From Patescibacteria group bacterium (GTDB taxonomy: Bacteria > Patescibacteriota > Patescibacteriia > Patescibacteriales > UBA12465), in the NCBI GenBank assembly GCA_035269015.1, contig DATFJU010000031.1, positions 41,326 through 105,325 of the forward strand: DNA of 64,000 bases, read 5' to 3'. The position numbers were made by a program, and so were the translations under genes. The first letter of the stretch is position 1. Each line of letters begins with the position of its first letter. Below the pieces are notes generated by a model, which saw nothing but the letters and a program-made list of their open reading frames with translations, searched no databases and had not been told where the DNA came from. This document shows, in pieces, positions 56,017 to 64,000 of this stretch.

Positions 56017-57120
56017 TTACTCAGCTCTGGCAACTGCTAAATAAAGAATCTTGGTATTTTTATAATCAATCACAATATCAGAAGTCACTCTACCACTAGG
56101 TAAATCATTAACTGACCAAGTAGCTCCACCATCTATAGACTTCACAAATACTGAATCAGTACCATAATATATTTCTTCAGCATTATCAGGGTTTATTGCC
56201 ATAGCTTTAATATTTGTTTCTTCAGACAGTGTAAGAAGATCTAAAGGCAACCAACTAAGACCTCCATCAGGTGAGCGAAGTAAGGCCTTATTACTAGCCC
56301 AAATAATATCTTGTCCATCTTTAGAAAATTCTAAAGACACAAATTTGTTACCAATTTCATAACTTTCTAATCCCTTACTAATATTTCTCCAATTAGTACC
56401 ATCTAACCTATTTCTAAACTGAGTTAATTCCTCATAACTAAGATTACTATTAGCATTAAAACGATATAATTCATTTTTACTAGTAGCCACGTATACCTCC
56501 CTACTATCTTGCGGATTAATTATCACTTCTTTAATTGGATTATTAAATCTTTGAATAGTACGCCAATTTTGTCCGTTATCTATACTTTTAATTAAATCTC
56601 CAGCTGAAGTAGCAATATATATATGAGAAGTATTAAAGTGATCTACTGCTACATCGCTAATTCTAAACTCTTGATTAGGCACTAAATATATTTGTTTCCA
56701 GCTTCTACTACAATCAGTAGTTTTCATCACCTTATTATCTAAGGCAACATATAATTTACATTTTTCTTTAGGGTCTACTTCTACATCCAAAACAGTATTA
56801 GAGCCTAATTGTTCTACTTTATTCCATCCATTATTAATATCATATGTATAATACAATCCAAACTCATCACTAGCTAAATACACAGCCGCACTATCATTGG
56901 GATCCATTTCCAAGGAATTAACATTAACAAAACCAATATCTTTAGTTCTACCATCAATACTTGGCACCATTACCATTTGCTTCCATGTATCCCCTTTATT
57001 AGGGCTAACATAAACACCACCATCATTACCACCGCCACTTTTACTTTTTATATTTACACTACAACCCCCCAAAAAAAGAGCTAACAATAATATAGATGTA
57101 ATAATTAATCTTTTTTTCAT
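56017..57120 (-). CDS. BNR/Asp-box repeat lipoprotein (sortilin/Ycf48-like beta-propeller)
   Basis: 367 aa. Lipobox LFLGGCS; at least four S-x-D-x-G-x-(T/N/S)-W Asp-box repeats (SPNKGDTW, SIDNGQNW, SPDGGLSW, SIDGGATW). Confidence 0.7.
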   Translation of the reverse strand: MKKRLIITSILLLALFLGGCSVNIKSKSGGGNDGGVYVSPNKGDTWKQMVMVPSIDGRTKDIGFVNVNSLEMDPNDSAAVYLASDEFGLYYTYDINNGWNKVEQLGSNTVLDVEVDPKEKCKLYVALDNKVMKTTDCSRSWKQIYLVPNQEFRISDVAVDHFNTSHIYIATSAGDLIKSIDNGQNWRTIQRFNNPIKEVIINPQDSREVYVATSKNELYRFNANSNLSYEELTQFRNRLDGTNWRNISKGLESYEIGNKFVSLEFSKDGQDIIWASNKALLRSPDGGLSWLPLDLLTLSEETNIKAMAINPDNAEEIYYGTDSVFVKSIDGGATWSVNDLPSGRVTSDIVIDYKNTKILYLAVARAE

Positions 57121-57174
57121 ATTTTTATATTATGTGAATTTAAATTATACTCTTTTTAAACTTTATTTTCAAGC

Positions 57175-58152
57175 TTAAAAACTTAGCACAAACTCCTCTA
57201 ATACGGCCCTAGGATTGAGATTAGAAGCTAAATACTTCCTAGCTCTGTTTATAGCTTTAATTATAGTCAAACTGTCAGCTTTAGCATTACTAAAATCATC
57301 TGCTAAATCAAGATAAGATACTAAATTAAACTGCTCATTTTCTATTAAAAGTAAATCTCTACTTACAGCTTCCCAAACATCTAAAAGATCATAAGCTAAA
57401 GTTCTTCCTTGGGCTCCATACAAACTCTTAGCATATTTAGCCTGTAGTTCTTTTAATCTGTAATTTTCATCATGAGAAATGAAATTAACAAACATACGAG
57501 CTTGTTCTAAATGCTTAGTATAATAATCTTTATCCTTTAAATACTTCAGAGCTAAAGCAGGTTTTCCCATAGACATGCTTGATATTTTCTTTGCTTCTTC
57601 TCTGTCAGCCTGATGATTTAAAAGATAATCATATATTAATTCCCTTTTCACTGCTTGAAAGTTAAGAATCTGTGAACGAGAAACAATAGTTTGAGGTAAA
57701 TCATCTATTTTCTCTGCCAGTAAAATAATCACCACCTTATTCTCTGGTTCTTCTAAGGTTTTTAGCAAAGCATTAGCTGCTTCTATACTCAATTTATGAG
57801 CATCCTTAATTATACCTACCTTGTATGAATTTAAAAAGGAACTTAAATTTAAGTTCTTAATTAACTCTCTAACCTGTTTAATACTAATATTTTTCTTATC
57901 TTCTTCCAACTCTAAAATCTGCAAATCTCCACTATTTTTAACTATTTTATTCCTATCTTCTTCATTGTCTTTAGAGTCAAAAATTAAATTAGAAGCAAAA
58001 GCCTTGGCTACTTGAAACTTACCTAAATCTCTTAAACCACTAAAAACATAGGTAGAAGATATCTTGTTGTTTAATAAAGCACTTTCTAAGAATTTAATCA
58101 CTGTTTCGTTACCAAGTTGAGGCCAATTATATTGTGTTTTTTCTACTGTCAT
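57175..58152 (-). CDS. holB: DNA polymerase III delta' subunit
   Basis: 325 aa. Degenerate P-loop (SGLRDLGKFQVAKAF) typical of delta', clamp-loader sensor region NALLKTLEEPENKVVIILLAE, and the SRSQ motif (QTIVSRSQIL). Confidence 0.75.
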   Translation of the reverse strand: MTVEKTQYNWPQLGNETVIKFLESALLNNKISSTYVFSGLRDLGKFQVAKAFASNLIFDSKDNEEDRNKIVKNSGDLQILELEEDKKNISIKQVRELIKNLNLSSFLNSYKVGIIKDAHKLSIEAANALLKTLEEPENKVVIILLAEKIDDLPQTIVSRSQILNFQAVKRELIYDYLLNHQADREEAKKISSMSMGKPALALKYLKDKDYYTKHLEQARMFVNFISHDENYRLKELQAKYAKSLYGAQGRTLAYDLLDVWEAVSRDLLLIENEQFNLVSYLDLADDFSNAKADSLTIIKAINRARKYLASNLNPRAVLEEFVLSF

Positions 58153-58367
58153 TAACTTAATATCCTTATTTATTCTACTTAAAGTATATCACAGAGAAAT
58201 AAAAAAACAAACAAAATAAGGAAAATAAAAAATAGTAATAAATATAAAAAAATAGCTTAATTTAGCTTATATAAATTGAATATAACAAATATTAGTGTTA
58301 TATTATTAATATAATTAAATATTTTATTAATAATATAATATAGTAAAAAAACTAATAAAAAAGAAAT

Positions 58368-59657
58368 ATGAAAGGTAATTTTAAAAAAATAGCTGTACTT
58401 TTAGGAGACATAATAGTGCTTCACTCATCTTTAATGTTAACCTTAATTATTAGATATGGCGCAAATAACTTCTATGAGGTCTGGCTCAAACACTGGCCCA
58501 GCTTTGCTATTATCTTTTTTATCTGGATAATAGTATTTTATATATATAACCTATATAATTTAATCTTAGCAGCTGATAAGCTGAAATTTAATCAATTAGC
58601 ATTAAATGCAATCTTAACTTCAGCCCTACTATCAGTAGCTTTCTTTTATTTAAACCCTGCTACACAAATTACGCCTAAAACTAACTTAGCTCTATTTATC
58701 ATCATAACCATAGCTTTATTTATACTTTGGCGTAAGTTTTTTAATGCTTTATTACAAAACTATTTACCTAAAAACAATCTTCTTTTAATAGCTAAAAAGG
58801 ATAAGATAGAAAGCTTGGTTAACTATATTCAAACTAAAACACATCTAGGTTTTAATACAGCTCTAATTTTAGAAGAAACACTGAGTGGAGAAGAATTAAA
58901 AGACATAATCCAAACTAAAAGAATTCATACCATTGTTTTAGATCCCACCCATGCAAAAGCAGAAGCTTTTAGAAAACTTCTCTTTAAGTGCCTTCCCTAT
59001 AACCTCATCTTCACTGACCTTTCCAGCTTCTATGAAAAAATAACAGGAAAAGTCTCTATTGATACTATTACTCACACTTGGTTCTTAGAAAACTTTAATG
59101 AAGGAGAAAAAAAATACTTTAATCATATTAAAAGAATATATGACCTTATTATGGCTCTAATTATTTTCCTTATTACTTTACCACTATGGTTAATCATTGC
59201 TGTAATAATAATCTTAGATTCAGGACTACCTATTTTCTTCAAGCAAAAGAGATTAGGAAAAAATGGAGCAATGTTTCAGATTATTAAGTTTAGGACTATG
59301 AAAAATGAAGAAATTACTAAAGCTGGGTCATTTTTAAGAAAAACCCGCCTAGATGAACTACCACAGCTTCTAAACATCCTCCAAGGAAAAATGAGCTTTA
59401 TTGGTCCTAGACCAGAACAACCAAGTATTGTGGAAAAATTAAAAGAACAAATTCCCTTCTATCAAGAACGACTATTAATTAAACCTGGTCTTTCTGGTTG
59501 GGATCAAATATCAGAGAACTATCACAGCGCCAGTTACAAAGATAGTTTTGAAAAGCTCCAATATGACCTTTTTTACATCAAGAATCGTTCAATATATTTA
59601 GACTTCTCTATTACTCTAAAAACTATTTCTACTATACTAAGACGTAAGGGGAAATAA
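58368..59657 (+). CDS. polyprenyl glycosyl-phosphotransferase (bacterial sugar transferase, WbaP/EpsL-like), initiating enzyme for lipid-linked glycan synthesis
   Basis: 429 aa. N-terminal TM bundle and C-terminal PF02397-type domain (RIYDLIMALIIFL...PIFFKQKRLGKNG..F...KFRTM...DELPQLLNIL.G.MS.IGPRPE). Confidence 0.85.
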   Translation: MKGNFKKIAVLLGDIIVLHSSLMLTLIIRYGANNFYEVWLKHWPSFAIIFFIWIIVFYIYNLYNLILAADKLKFNQLALNAILTSALLSVAFFYLNPATQITPKTNLALFIIITIALFILWRKFFNALLQNYLPKNNLLLIAKKDKIESLVNYIQTKTHLGFNTALILEETLSGEELKDIIQTKRIHTIVLDPTHAKAEAFRKLLFKCLPYNLIFTDLSSFYEKITGKVSIDTITHTWFLENFNEGEKKYFNHIKRIYDLIMALIIFLITLPLWLIIAVIIILDSGLPIFFKQKRLGKNGAMFQIIKFRTMKNEEITKAGSFLRKTRLDELPQLLNILQGKMSFIGPRPEQPSIVEKLKEQIPFYQERLLIKPGLSGWDQISENYHSASYKDSFEKLQYDLFYIKNRSIYLDFSITLKTISTILRRKGK

Positions 59658-59668
59658 AAATACAAAAA

Positions 59669-59693
59669 ACTCTTATCATTAAGCGATAAGAGT
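59669..59693 (+). terminator. hairpin terminator after the sugar-transferase gene
   Basis: ACTCTTATC-attaagc-GATAAGAGT: 9-bp stem 12 nt after the stop. The downstream T-tract is weak. Confidence 0.4.
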
Positions 59694-59735
59694 GTTGTAA
59701 ATTTATACAAGCGTCTAATATAATTATAATCTCAA

Positions 59736-60009
59736 CTATAAGTTTTTTTCTTGTTTAACTAAGTTAATAAGAAAATCTTGCACTTTTTTGAAATCTATTT
59801 CTTTGCCTGGGCTAAATAAAATAGGCTCCATCTTTATATCTTCTTTACCATATATATCAAACAAAAAAATCACAGGCCTTTTTAGTACCCAAGTTTAAAA
59901 CATTGGTAATTATACGCCTCTTATCTCTTCCTACATCTAATTTCTCTATATCATATGACCATAGAAATGGCTTAAATTGCTTTAATTTTTCATTATTTTT
60001 TTCCTTCAT
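59736..60009 (-). pseudogene. small gene (~90 aa) interrupted by a frameshift at an A7/T7 homopolymer (around 59863-59870); pseudogene, slippage site or sequencing error
   Basis: Frame A reads MKEKNNEKLKQFKPFLWSYDIEKLDVGRDKRRIITNVLNLGTKKACDFFV*. The +1 frame continues FLFDIYGKEDIKMEPILFSPGKEIDFKKVQDFLINLVKQEKNL*. Together they form one plausible protein. Confidence 0.3.
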
Positions 60010-60126
60010 ATATTTATATCATAGCATAAAAAGCTGATAAAATCAAGGTAAAAAAAATAAGCTTATATGAAGATAAGCTTATTTATATAGTAATTAAAGA
60101 TTATAATATTTAAAACAGAAAACTAA

Positions 60127-60684
60127 CTAAGTCTTTAAGTTATAATCTTTCTTGTGGCTGTAATCAGTTTCATACTTCTCTTTATCTTGACTTAAGTCTT
60201 CAATGTTTTGCCAGTCATTTACCCAATCTTTAATATTATACTCTAAAATACCCTCGTCTTTATCATTACAAATATATCTATTTAAACCAGCATTAATAAT
60301 CATCTTCTTACACATCAAACAAGGATAGGATTTAATTGGAATAAGTTCATCACCTTCTCCTCTTTTAAAGCCAAACATATACATATCACCGTTTAAAAGC
60401 GACACACCAGCCCTAGCAGCGTTAATAATGGCATTCATCTCCGCATGCACAGAGCGACACATTTCATAGCCTGTACCCGACTTCACGCCTCTTTTTCTGC
60501 GAATACAATAACCCAAATCCATACAATCTTGCACCTTCCTAGGCGCTCCCACATAACCAGTAGATATAATTTGATCGTCTTTAACAATCACAGCTCCAAA
60601 GGCAGCGCTTAAACAATTACTCTTTACACTCACAGCTTTAGCTATACCTAAATAGTAGCTGTCTTTGTCTATTCTTGTAGGCAT
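60127..60684 (-). CDS. dCMP deaminase (ComEB/CDA-fold deoxycytidylate deaminase)
   Basis: 185 aa. Zinc-binding HAEMNAI and PCLMCKKMI motifs in the correct spacing for dCMP deaminase. Confidence 0.8.
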   Translation of the reverse strand: MPTRIDKDSYYLGIAKAVSVKSNCLSAAFGAVIVKDDQIISTGYVGAPRKVQDCMDLGYCIRRKRGVKSGTGYEMCRSVHAEMNAIINAARAGVSLLNGDMYMFGFKRGEGDELIPIKSYPCLMCKKMIINAGLNRYICNDKDEGILEYNIKDWVNDWQNIEDLSQDKEKYETDYSHKKDYNLKT

Positions 60685-60830
60685 ATAAATAGTATTAATT
60701 ATTATATATTATCTAAGTATATTGTATTATTTGTAGTTAATTTTGGCAAATAAATAATTCAATAACAAAAAAGAGCTAAATTAGTAACTCATATTTAAGG
60801 TGTAATCTATTAATAGATAAAAATAATTCT

Positions 60831-61103
60831 TCAAAACAAATCAGAATGTGAACCAATTCTTAATAATAATATTAATAACTCCTTTTTATTTTTTTTATAG
60901 ATAAATAAAACATCTGATTTTAAATGACATTCATAACAACCTTTAAATTCTCCCACTAGTGAATGGTTATAATATTTTTTGGGCAATGGCTTTCCTTTTA
61001 TCAAAATATCTAAAAGATTTTCAAGTACCAAAAACAAATCTTTATCATGTTTAAAAGATTTTAAATCCTTTTTAAAGCGCTTAGAATATTTTAACGAAAA
61101 CAT
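60831..61103 (-). CDS. yafQ: type II toxin YafQ (RelE/ParE superfamily mRNA interferase)
   Basis: 90 aa. Aligns with E. coli YafQ (YSKRFKKDLK / YSGQYSKDVK; LVGEFKGCYECHLKSDVLFIYK / LQGSWKGYRDAHVEPDWILIYK; GSHSDLF / GTHAALF). Confidence 0.75.
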   Translation of the reverse strand: MFSLKYSKRFKKDLKSFKHDKDLFLVLENLLDILIKGKPLPKKYYNHSLVGEFKGCYECHLKSDVLFIYKKNKKELLILLLRIGSHSDLF

Positions 61104-61105
61104 AA

Positions 61106-61390
61106 TTACTTCTTTAACGCATCTTTAATAAGAGAAGAACCACTTTGAAAAGACTTAGAACTATTTTTAGCATCAATTATAGACTCTCTTAGCGTTTCAG
61201 CTTTTTTCAAGGTAAGCCCATTCTCACCTCTTATTTCAAAAGGGATGTTTTTAGTATTTATTATCTGCTTAAAAAACATTTTAACCGCTGAACTCATATC
61301 TAAACCTAGCTGATCTAATATAGCTTTAGTTTCTTTTTTTGTTTTGTGATCTATACGAATTTGCAATTGTTCACTATTTTTAGTCTTCAT
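61106..61390 (-). CDS. dinJ: DinJ/RelB-family antitoxin
   Basis: 94 aa. QLQIRIDHKTKKETKAILDQLGLDMSSAVKMFFKQII resembles the DinJ N-terminal RHH domain (VRARIDEDLKNQAADVLAGMGLTISDLVRITLTKV). It starts 2 nt upstream of yafQ. Confidence 0.7.
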   Translation of the reverse strand: MKTKNSEQLQIRIDHKTKKETKAILDQLGLDMSSAVKMFFKQIINTKNIPFEIRGENGLTLKKAETLRESIIDAKNSSKSFQSGSSLIKDALKK

Positions 61391-61502
61391 ATTATAATTA
61401 AAATTTAATAATGTTTATTATATAATAATATTGTATATCAAAATAACTAATATGTCAATACAAATAATACTTTAGCTTATTCTTCCAAAAGAAAGTTAAA
61501 AA

Positions 61503-62492
61503 TTAATTAGATATAAAATTAATAATTAATTTGATAATAATATCTTTCTGCTTAGGATCGCTTTCGGCCACTAAGAGTGCTAAGGCTACAAGCGCGTTAT
61601 CGCTAAACTTTTTCTCTCCTTTTTTGTTAAATAGATATTTATTACGTGCTAAAAAAAGTATAAATAGTAAAGAACCAATCCGCTTATTGCCATCAATAAA
61701 GGGATGGTTTTTAATAACAAAATAAACTAAATGAGAAGCTTTCTCTTCTATGCTTGGATATAATTCTTTTCCTCCAAAAGATTGATTAATATTGCCTAAA
61801 ATACTTTTTAAGGCTTCTCCCCTTTCCCTACCAAATAATTCACTTGCTTCTTTCTTTTTTATTAAACTATTTTTTAATCTTGATATCGCCTCGCGAGAAA
61901 CTTCGTAATTTAATACATTTCTTACTTTTGCAGTTTTACTAATTTGTAATTTATCTTCATCATACTTCTGAAGAGTTGCCCAGGTATTAGCATAATCTGT
62001 AATAACCCTTAAGAGTCCTTCACTTTCATCACTAGATAATCTTTTAGTTTCCACTGTTTTCTTTATTAATCCAACCGCTTCTTTGAATTCCTCTAATTGA
62101 CTGTCTTTTAATTCTTTTATCCGCTTTTGATTTAAAATATACCCACTAGTAATATAATTTTTCAATGTTTTTGTGGCCCATTTACGAAATTCAATAGCAA
62201 CTTTTGAATTTGTTCTATAGCCAACACTTAAAACCACGTCTAGAGAATAAAAAGTTACTGGTTTATCTGAATTTGCAATATGCATTTTTTGCATATTGCT
62301 TTTTTTATCAATCTCCCTATCTTTAAATATATTCTTAATATGACGAGAAATTACGGACTGATCCACTCCAAACAGTGAAACAATATTAGATTGTGTTGCC
62401 CAAATTGTTTCCTTATTGAAATCACCACGAAGCTCAAGCTTTCCTGTTTTTGTTTGATATATTACTGTTGGTTTATTATTAATATTTTTCAT
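61503..62492 (-). CDS. RhuM-family N-terminal domain fused to a C-terminal Fic/DOC domain (start placed at the internal Met; ORF extends to 62558)
   Basis: The N-terminus (TVIYQTKTGKLELRGDFNKETIWATQSNIVSLFGVDQSVISRHIKNIF) matches Virulence_RhuM-type proteins. The C-terminus carries the Fic motif HPFIDGNKRIGS (canonical HPFx[DE]GNGRxxR with GNK for GNG). Confidence 0.75.
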   Translation of the reverse strand: MKNINNKPTVIYQTKTGKLELRGDFNKETIWATQSNIVSLFGVDQSVISRHIKNIFKDREIDKKSNMQKMHIANSDKPVTFYSLDVVLSVGYRTNSKVAIEFRKWATKTLKNYITSGYILNQKRIKELKDSQLEEFKEAVGLIKKTVETKRLSSDESEGLLRVITDYANTWATLQKYDEDKLQISKTAKVRNVLNYEVSREAISRLKNSLIKKKEASELFGRERGEALKSILGNINQSFGGKELYPSIEEKASHLVYFVIKNHPFIDGNKRIGSLLFILFLARNKYLFNKKGEKKFSDNALVALALLVAESDPKQKDIIIKLIINFISN

Positions 62493-62586
62493 ATAAAGTA
62501 AGTATAACAAATAGGAGATAAAATTTCTATAAATTAACCTTAAAATATAAAAAAACAAGACATCTATTGTCTTGCTTTAAGTAATG

Positions 62587-62673
62587 CGGAAGGACCGGGA
62601 TTCGAACCCGGGGTACCATCTCTGGTACACTTGCACTCCAAGCAAGCGCCTTCGACCACTCGGCCACCCTTCC
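62587..62673 (-). tRNA. tRNA-Ser (anticodon GGA)
   Basis: Minus strand reads GGAAGGGTGGCCGAGTGGTCGAAGGCGCTTGCTTGGAGTGCAAGTGTACCAGAGATGGTACCCCGGGTTCGAATCCCGGTCCTTCCG. It has a 7-bp acceptor stem, an anticodon loop TTGGAGT (GGA), a long variable arm and a GTTCGAATC T-loop. No encoded CCA. Confidence 0.85.
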
Positions 62674-62780
62674 CTTTTTTATATAATTAAATAATAACTA
62701 CATATTTAAGTATGTATCTAAAATATAATTATTTATCTATTATATAAGTATTTAATTATTATACAAGAAAATATTTTCTA

Positions 62781-63551
62781 CTACTTAGACAAATGCTTCT
62801 CAATAATAGTTTTTAATCCTTCTATTTGCTCACCATTGGAATCAATAGACCCCTCCCATTCTCTAGCACCAATAACAAGCTCACTATCCACAAAAGTAGT
62901 CGGAGCACCAAAAACACCAAAGTCATTAGCTTCTTTGCTAACACTATTTACCTTAGCTAAATACTCATTAGTGTCTAAACAATTAGAAAACTGCTCTGTG
63001 TCCAAACCTAAATCTTTAGCTATAGTATACAAATCTTGTTCATATAAATTACTATTATTTAACATAGTAAATACCTCTTCTCTAAAATCTAAATACTTAT
63101 CTTGATCATTAGCACAATATAATGCCTGATTAGCTTCACTGCTTAAACCATTATTACTAACAGAAAAGGGCCTAAAAGCCAACACGACTTCATCACTATA
63201 ATCAGCTACAAGCTTATCTAAGCTCTCCTTATACTGAGCACTAAAGGTATTACTATAGTCTTCATAAACAACAATTTCTAAATCTGCATCTAAATTACCA
63301 AGATAAATGTCACTATCATCAATAGCTCTAAGACTTGGTGCTTTATAGCTTTGTGCTTTAATAATATTTTCTTGATTATTAGCTTTAAGTTCATCAAGAT
63401 TTTCTGTTTCCACATTACTAATGTTTTTACTATTATTACTACTATAGACTAAAAATACTATAACTAAGATAGCGATAATAAGTATAGAGATAACTAATAA
63501 TTTAGCTTGTCTTTTGTTTAATTTATTCATAATCTTAAGCAGATAAATCAA
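62781..63551 (-). CDS. DsbA-like thioredoxin-fold protein lacking the CxxC active site (membrane-anchored; start may be the internal Met at 63530)
   Basis: 256 aa. N-terminal TM. DsbA/Thioredoxin_4 pattern: VVYEDYSNTFSAQY where VEF.D..CPFC is expected, LYCANDQDKYLDFREEVF, GVFGAPTTFVDSELVIGA. Confidence 0.6.
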   Translation of the reverse strand: MIYLLKIMNKLNKRQAKLLVISILIIAILVIVFLVYSSNNSKNISNVETENLDELKANNQENIIKAQSYKAPSLRAIDDSDIYLGNLDADLEIVVYEDYSNTFSAQYKESLDKLVADYSDEVVLAFRPFSVSNNGLSSEANQALYCANDQDKYLDFREEVFTMLNNSNLYEQDLYTIAKDLGLDTEQFSNCLDTNEYLAKVNSVSKEANDFGVFGAPTTFVDSELVIGAREWEGSIDSNGEQIEGLKTIIEKHLSK

Positions 63552-64000
63552 GTTTTTTATTTTCTTGACTTAGACTGTTAAATAATATATTAGAAATATT
63601 TAATAATTGTTTTTCCTCAAAACGAGCAGACATTAACTGTACTCCAAAAGGTAAATTAGAAACAAATTTAGAAGGAATAGAAATTGAACAAATCCCAGCT
63701 AATGAAGGTGCACTAAGAAACTGATCTTCTAAGTACATATCTAAGGGCTTAGTTTTTTCACCTATCTTAAAAGCTGATGTTGGGGCGGTAGGGGCTAAGA
63801 TAGCATCAACTTTTTTAAAAGCAGCCTCAAACTCCCTGCTAATCATAGTTCTAAACTTCTGTGCTTTTACATAATAATCATCATAATAACCTGAACTCAA
63901 AACATATGTCCCTAACATAATTCTGCGCTTGGCCTCAGCACCAAAACCACGACCACGAGATTCTAAATAATGCTGTTTAATATTTTTAGCTTCCCTATAA
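63535..64000 (-). CDS. gatA: Glu-tRNA(Gln)/Asp-tRNA(Asn) amidotransferase subunit A, C-terminal part (gene continues beyond window end)
   Basis: The translation is open to the window edge: ...YREAKNIKQHYLESRGRGFGAEAKRRIMLGTYVLSSGYYDDYYVKAQKFRTMISREF...PSLAGICSISIP, the conserved GatA amidase C-terminus. The 127-aa ORF in the track starts at an internal Met. Confidence 0.85.
   Translation of the reverse strand, partial: YREAKNIKQHYLESRGRGFGAEAKRRIMLGTYVLSSGYYDDYYVKAQKFRTMISREFEAAFKKVDAILAPTAPTSAFKIGEKTKPLDMYLEDQFLSAPSLAGICSISIPSKFVSNLPFGVQLMSARFEEKQLLNISNILFNSLSQENKKLDLSA

Noticed and set aside
60127-60684. dCMP deaminase as a possible anti-phage dCTP-deaminase defence gene
   Set aside because: At 185 aa with only the CDA catalytic domain and no kinase-like N-terminal domain, it matches housekeeping ComEB-type dCMP deaminase needed for dTMP synthesis.
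59660-62700. Integrative element at tRNA-Ser (looked for integrase and a direct repeat of the tRNA 3' end)
   Set aside because: No integrase or recombinase ORF was found, and no copy of the tRNA 3' segment downstream of the toxin genes. The toxin islet is therefore reported only as a cluster, not as a mobile element.
1-64000. Alternative genetic code (UGA=Gly, code 25) as in some CPR lineages
   Set aside because: RF2 (prfB, SPF motif) is present, and long proteins such as SecA, IleRS, EF-G and AlaRS are uninterrupted under the standard code.

Overview
AT-rich (~30% GC), gene-dense bacterial window, with almost all genes on the minus strand. The gene content points to a reduced genome, most likely a Candidate Phyla Radiation/Patescibacteria-type organism using the standard genetic code. 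Support for this: RF2 is present, long ORFs such as SecA, IleRS and EF-G have no in-frame stops, the proteins are compact, AlaRS and ProRS are truncated, ComEC lacks its beta-lactamase domain, and IleRS is type 2. Blocks from 5' to 3': (1) str/S10 region rplD-rplC-rpsJ, tuf, an acidic hypothetical ORF, fusA-rpsG-rpsL. (2) M50 protease, divergent rpmB, ComEC, prfB. (3) The alpha-operon segment infA-rpmJ-rpsM-rpsK-rpsD-rpoA-rplQ-rplM-rpsI under a consensus sigma70 promoter, terminating unusually in a zeta-toxin-family kinase. (4) alaS plus the dcw/peptidoglycan genes murB-murC-murG-ftsW-mraY. (5) A plus-strand glycosylation cluster led by a degenerate GspE/PilB-like pseudo-ATPase: GT2, DUF2304, two GT4 genes. 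Convergent with it are UDP-xylose synthase, an S8 subtilase with FG-GAP repeats, a GT4, a second MreB paralog, a REC-only regulator, and rmlB-HIT-rmlC-PfkB. (6) mreBCD, proS, ruvA, U32 peptidase, Nif3, htpX, lemA, ileS, an AAA_14/DUF4143 ATPase, ITPase, secA, hpf, rseP, frr, a BNR lipoprotein, holB. (7) A divergent polyprenyl sugar-phosphate transferase, a frameshifted small gene, dCMP deaminase, a yafQ-dinJ toxin-antitoxin pair, a RhuM-Fic protein, tRNA-Ser(GGA), a CxxC-less DsbA-like protein and partial gatA. No rRNA genes, CRISPR arrays, transposases or integrases were seen. The most unusual elements are the antitoxin-less zeta-toxin kinase fused to the ribosomal operon, the catalytically degenerate GspE-like protein, rpoA without an alpha-CTD, pervasive Lys/Glu-rich tails on ribosomal proteins, and the Fic/YafQ-DinJ islet at tRNA-Ser.
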